From positions 1 to 36,136 of the IMG/VR virus record IMGVR_UViG_3300037311_000019: a stretch of 36,136 nt of DNA; one strand, given 5' to 3'. The DNA comes from a virus (lineage: Duplodnaviria; Caudoviricetes). Positions 33,304 through 36,136 of this stretch are shown here, piece by piece; position 1 is the stretch's first letter; every line of letters starts with the position of its first letter. Below the pieces are notes generated by a model, which saw only the letters and a list, made by a program, of their open reading frames with translations, was not told the origin of the DNA and made no database searches. Both the position numbers and the translations under genes were made by a program.

Positions 33304-33995
33304 GTATTCAACTCCACCAGCCTTGCAGCGCGTTCGCGCACGATCTGCGCTGGTTCCTGTGCTGGCGGGAGTATTGCATCAAGCAGGGCTAGACCACGGT
33401 CAAAGGTAATTGTTTTGTACTCGGCGTACTCGGCGGCGGACTCGGCGGCGTGCTTGGCGGCGTACTTGGCGGACTCGGCGGCGTACCCGGAGTACTTGGC
33501 GGCGTACTCGGCGGACTCGGCGGCGTACTTGGCCGAGTACTCGGCGGACTCGGCGGCGTACTCGGCGGCGGACTCGGCCGAGTACTTGGCGTGCTTGGCG
33601 GCGGACTCGGCGTACTTGGCGGACTTGGCGTGCTTGGCCGAGTACTTGGCGGACTCGGCGGCGTACCTTGCTTGCCAATTTGCAAACTCCACCAGCAGGC
33701 CAAGCCGTTTACTGATTTCCGCTTTATCATCCGTGGCGCTGCCCATCATCCGCAATACCAGCGGGAGCATTCGCTGACGCTGCTCGTCGTCGGCTAAGTC
33801 ATTTAAAAAAATCGCCATCGGACGAACCGTGTAGCACACGCATTCGGAGCGGTCGTTAATAAATTGCTCGCCATTTAGGTACGCTATCACATTCATCACG
33901 CAACCCTTGCCGGTCTGTGCTGTTTTAGCGTGGCTGCCGCGCAGTAATTTGATTGGCTCAATGTTCATAGTCGTTATTCTTTCGATTGCGTTCAT
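33300..33995 (-). CDS. Phage protein with Cys/His N-terminal domain and Ala-rich repeats
   Basis: LLRGSH, CVMN, ECVC and LND motifs, followed by AAESA/AKY/AEY repeats. Confidence 0.7.
   Translation of the reverse strand: MNAIERITTMNIEPIKLLRGSHAKTAQTGKGCVMNVIAYLNGEQFINDRSECVCYTVRPMAIFLNDLADDEQRQRMLPLVLRMMGSATDDKAEISKRLGLLVEFANWQARYAAESAKYSAKHAKSAKYAESAAKHAKYSAESAAEYAAESAEYSAKYAAESAEYAAKYSGYAAESAKYAAKHAAESAAEYAEYKTITFDRGLALLDAILPPAQEPAQIVRERAARLVELNT
33415..33666 (-). repeat. Low-complexity 9/12-nt repeat tract (AAES/AKY/AEY/AKH)
   Basis: Built almost entirely from GCC, GAG, TCC, TCG, AAG, TAC and CAC codons. Confidence 0.9.
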
Positions 33996-34030
33996 GATTT
34001 ACCCTTGTCGTTGTTGATGTTGATGATTGG

Positions 34031-34059
34031 AGTATGCGCCGAAGCGCATAGTAATGCAA
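34031..34059 (-). promoter_or_regulatory. Leftward promoter with a palindrome in the spacer and -10
   Basis: TTGCAT-17-CATACT containing TATGCGC-TTCG-GCGCATA. Confidence 0.55.
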
Positions 34060-34210
34060 GTGAGTTGTGGATGGTATCGAGATATGATGCTGGTGGTATT
34101 GAGGGGCGCTACTTATGCCCAGCTGCGGCTCAAAATATTGCCGTCTTGATCGATTAAGCTCAAGTGACCTGTAATTGTGTAAACCTTGCCGATTGGGAAT
34201 TTGAAATCAC

Positions 34211-34606
34211 TCATACCGCCTCCGCGCATTGAGCCAAATAGGCCGCATGATCGGCGTCCGTGTAGATGCCCCAGCGCCTTGTGTCATAGCGAACATTTTT
34301 AGCGGCGTCTTCAAGAAAGTTTGCCAGCGCGTCATCGTGATTTTTCCCCCGCGCAATTAGCTGAGATTTTTTGCCGCGCATGTTGGCAGACTCGCGAAAC
34401 CATACCTCGAATTCGAGGTCATCACCGCTAGTGGCCTGACGCTCACCAATTTCCTCGCCTGTTTCGCTGTCATAAACGGCCTCCATTTTTGGCTCCAACC
34501 AATACTCGCCGCCGTCATTCGTGTAAATCTCATGGATGCACTGTGCCAGTGTGAGGCCGCTGGTGGTGTCGTTGGTACCGTAATGTGTCAATGTGTAGGT
34601 TGTCAT
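34211..34606 (-). CDS. Hypothetical protein
   Basis: Likely start MTTYTLTHYG, acidic 131 aa. Confidence 0.55.
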   Translation of the reverse strand: MTTYTLTHYGTNDTTSGLTLAQCIHEIYTNDGGEYWLEPKMEAVYDSETGEEIGERQATSGDDLEFEVWFRESANMRGKKSQLIARGKNHDDALANFLEDAAKNVRYDTRRWGIYTDADHAAYLAQCAEAV

Positions 34607-34630
34607 TTCGTGATTCCCAAAATAAGCCGC

Positions 34631-34662
34631 GTGTCTTCGGAGGCAGGTGTCTTCGGAGGCAG
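34631..34662. repeat. Perfect 16-nt tandem duplication
   Basis: GTGTCTTCGGAGGCAG twice. Confidence 0.9.
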
Positions 34663-34685
34663 TTAGAGAGGCTAGACGCTGGAGA

Positions 34686-34874
34686 TTAGCAATAAACGTC
34701 TGCAAAACGACGCACAATCAATTTAGCGTTATCGACTTGGGCGCTGGCATCCATGGTCTCGCCAAAAATGTTAACAATAGGTGGCATATATTGACCGTTA
34801 GCAGCAGCGCTCAAAACAAGCGCTGCATGTATTAGCTGTGTATATGTTTCGTTGTGCAGGTTTTGCGTGCTCAT
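34686..34874 (-). CDS. Hypothetical protein
   Basis: SD GGAG, first gene after a leftward promoter-like sequence near 34918-34945. Confidence 0.5.
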   Translation of the reverse strand: MSTQNLHNETYTQLIHAALVLSAAANGQYMPPIVNIFGETMDASAQVDNAKLIVRRFADVYC

Positions 34875-35246
34875 TTGCTATCTCCAGTTAATGCAGCGAT
34901 GTGCTGCGATGTATGTAACTATACGCTAGCCAAAACAGTATGCAAGAGATTTAATGATGCAGCCGACGAACGGTAGTTTTCGACCGATGAACGGTAAAAT
35001 CTGCTTAAATAATAGGCAATAAGCTGGACGTATAAACAGTAATATGCATGTGTGTTGAGGTGCCCTCGATCCCGAGTTGTCTCAACGCCGGGGCCTAAAT
35101 CCAGCCCTCGCAAACGCTAGCACGGCGGATGCGGATAAACGTGGCGAGTTTCCGAGGCGCTCGGAATGCTGTACAAACAGTCAGCCTAGATAAACGATGG
35201 TGCGATGCACCGCCAAAAAATGCGGATGGGAATCTATTGTCTCAGC

Positions 35247-35385
35247 GTGTTGCAAAAATACAACACAATTAGCACAAAAGAGACAGTGTTGTAATAAAGC
35301 AGCAAGTGTTGTAAACGCACAACAAAAAAAAGAATAGTGTGGCGTATTGACAACATGAAAGGCTAAGTGTATCTTTTGCGCAACA
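35247..35385 (+). promoter_or_regulatory. terS/late promoter with an array of TGT-N12-ACA boxes
   Basis: TTGACA (35347)-17-TATCTT (35370), overlapped and preceded by five palindromic boxes. Confidence 0.75.
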
Positions 35386-35404
35386 TGGACTTGGAGCAAA
35401 ACGA

Positions 35405-35689
35405 ATGGCCGAACGTGGCGGACAAATTGGCAATCAAAACGCGGCAATAAGACGCGTCTGGAATCAGGCAATCCTAAATGCTCTGCAAAAGCGGCATCCG
35501 GATGGCCGCATGGCGGCGCTTGAAGAGTTGGCAGAAAAATTGCTTTTGGCCGTGGAAAGCGGCGATGTGAGCGCGATTAAAGAGCTTGGTGATCGTCTCG
35601 ATGGTAAAGCCGCTCAGCCTTTAATCGGCGACATGGAAAACCCGATCCGCGCAATCGTACAGGCAATGCCGCTCGATGACCGCATTTAA
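35405..35689 (+). CDS. terS: Terminase small subunit
   Basis: GGQIGNQNA and GDVSAIKELGDRLDGKAAQ motifs, directly upstream of and overlapping terL. SD GGAG. Confidence 0.75.
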   Translation: MAERGGQIGNQNAAIRRVWNQAILNALQKRHPDGRMAALEELAEKLLLAVESGDVSAIKELGDRLDGKAAQPLIGDMENPIRAIVQAMPLDDRI

Positions 35690-36136
35690 GCTTACGGCGA
35701 AACAACAAGACGCACAGGCGCTACTTGCTGGCAATGCGGCGCATTGCATGTTGTTTGGCGGCTCTCGAAGTGGCAAGACGTTTTTGTTGACGCGCAATGT
35801 AATCATGCGCGCACTTAAAGCGCCAAAGTCAAGGCATGCTGTGCTTAGATACAGATTTAACGCAGTAAAGCAATCAATCGTATTTGATACGCTCCCTAAA
35901 GTGATGGAGATGTGTTTCGCGTCCGTCCCGTACACGCTCAATAAATCAGAGTGGTTTATTGAGTTGCCGAACGGCTCTCAAGTGTGGTTTGGGGGTCTGG
36001 ACGACAAAGGGCGAACCGAGAAGATTTTAGGGCAAGAGTACGCGACAATTTATCTTAATGAGTGCTCGCAGATACCGTTTAACTCGCGCGGCATTGCGGT
36101 GACTCGTCTTGCGCAGCAAGCAACGCAAGTAATAGA
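35676..36136 (+). CDS. terL: Terminase large subunit, 5' part (not in the ORF track because it runs off the end)
   Basis: MTAFKLTAKQ and Walker A GGSRSGKT. In frame with base 1 through the terminal repeat. Confidence 0.92.
   Translation, partial: MTAFKLTAKQQDAQALLAGNAAHCMLFGGSRSGKTFLLTRNVIMRALKAPKSRHAVLRYRFNAVKQSIVFDTLPKVMEMCFASVPYTLNKSEWFIELPNGSQVWFGGLDDKGRTEKILGQEYATIYLNECSQIPFNSRGIAVTRLAQQATQVI
35994..36136. repeat. Terminal direct repeat, right copy
   Basis: Matches 1-143 with one mismatch. Confidence 0.95.

Noticed and set aside
33389-33797. Five overlapping low-complexity ORFs (PPST, RRVR, LGGV and others)
   Set aside because: Frame shadows of the Ala-rich repeat inside 33300-33995.
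35994-36136. Biological direct terminal repeat (T7-like)
   Set aside because: The repeat falls in the middle of terL and has the size of a typical assembler overlap. It is better explained as circular closure.

Overview
The window is an apparently complete, circularly permuted genome of about 35,993 bp from a P22-like podovirus (tailed dsDNA phage) of a Gram-negative host. Bases 1-143 are repeated at 35994-36136 with one mismatch, and the terminase large subunit runs across that join. From 35405 round to 18174 (+ strand) lies an intact virion and lysis operon: terS, terL, GNAT protein, portal, scaffold, P22-type coat, GroES-like protein, head-tail proteins, ejection proteins, tail or fibre proteins, SAR-type endolysin, holin and Rz/Rz1. 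The other half holds short accessory genes in alternating blocks, including a HAD phosphatase, ASCH-like protein, VRR-NUC nuclease, SSB-like protein, DEDD exonuclease, three HTH proteins and a minimal replication protein. I could not recognise an integrase, helicase, primase, polymerase, CI-type repressor or Q antiterminator. The most unusual signals are: (i) many structured non-coding RNA elements, including a hybrid initiator/elongator tRNA(CAU), a tRNA-like fold nested inside a larger tRNA-shaped RNA, and a kissing-loop leader upstream of the replication gene; (ii) a phased array of TGT-N12-ACA boxes over the terS promoter; (iii) several genes built as a conserved domain plus a low-complexity repeat, one with a candidate -1 frameshift; (iv) nested domain insertions in the tail hub protein; and (v) nonsense or frameshift lesions seen only in accessory genes. 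All family names come from motif recognition, not from database searches.
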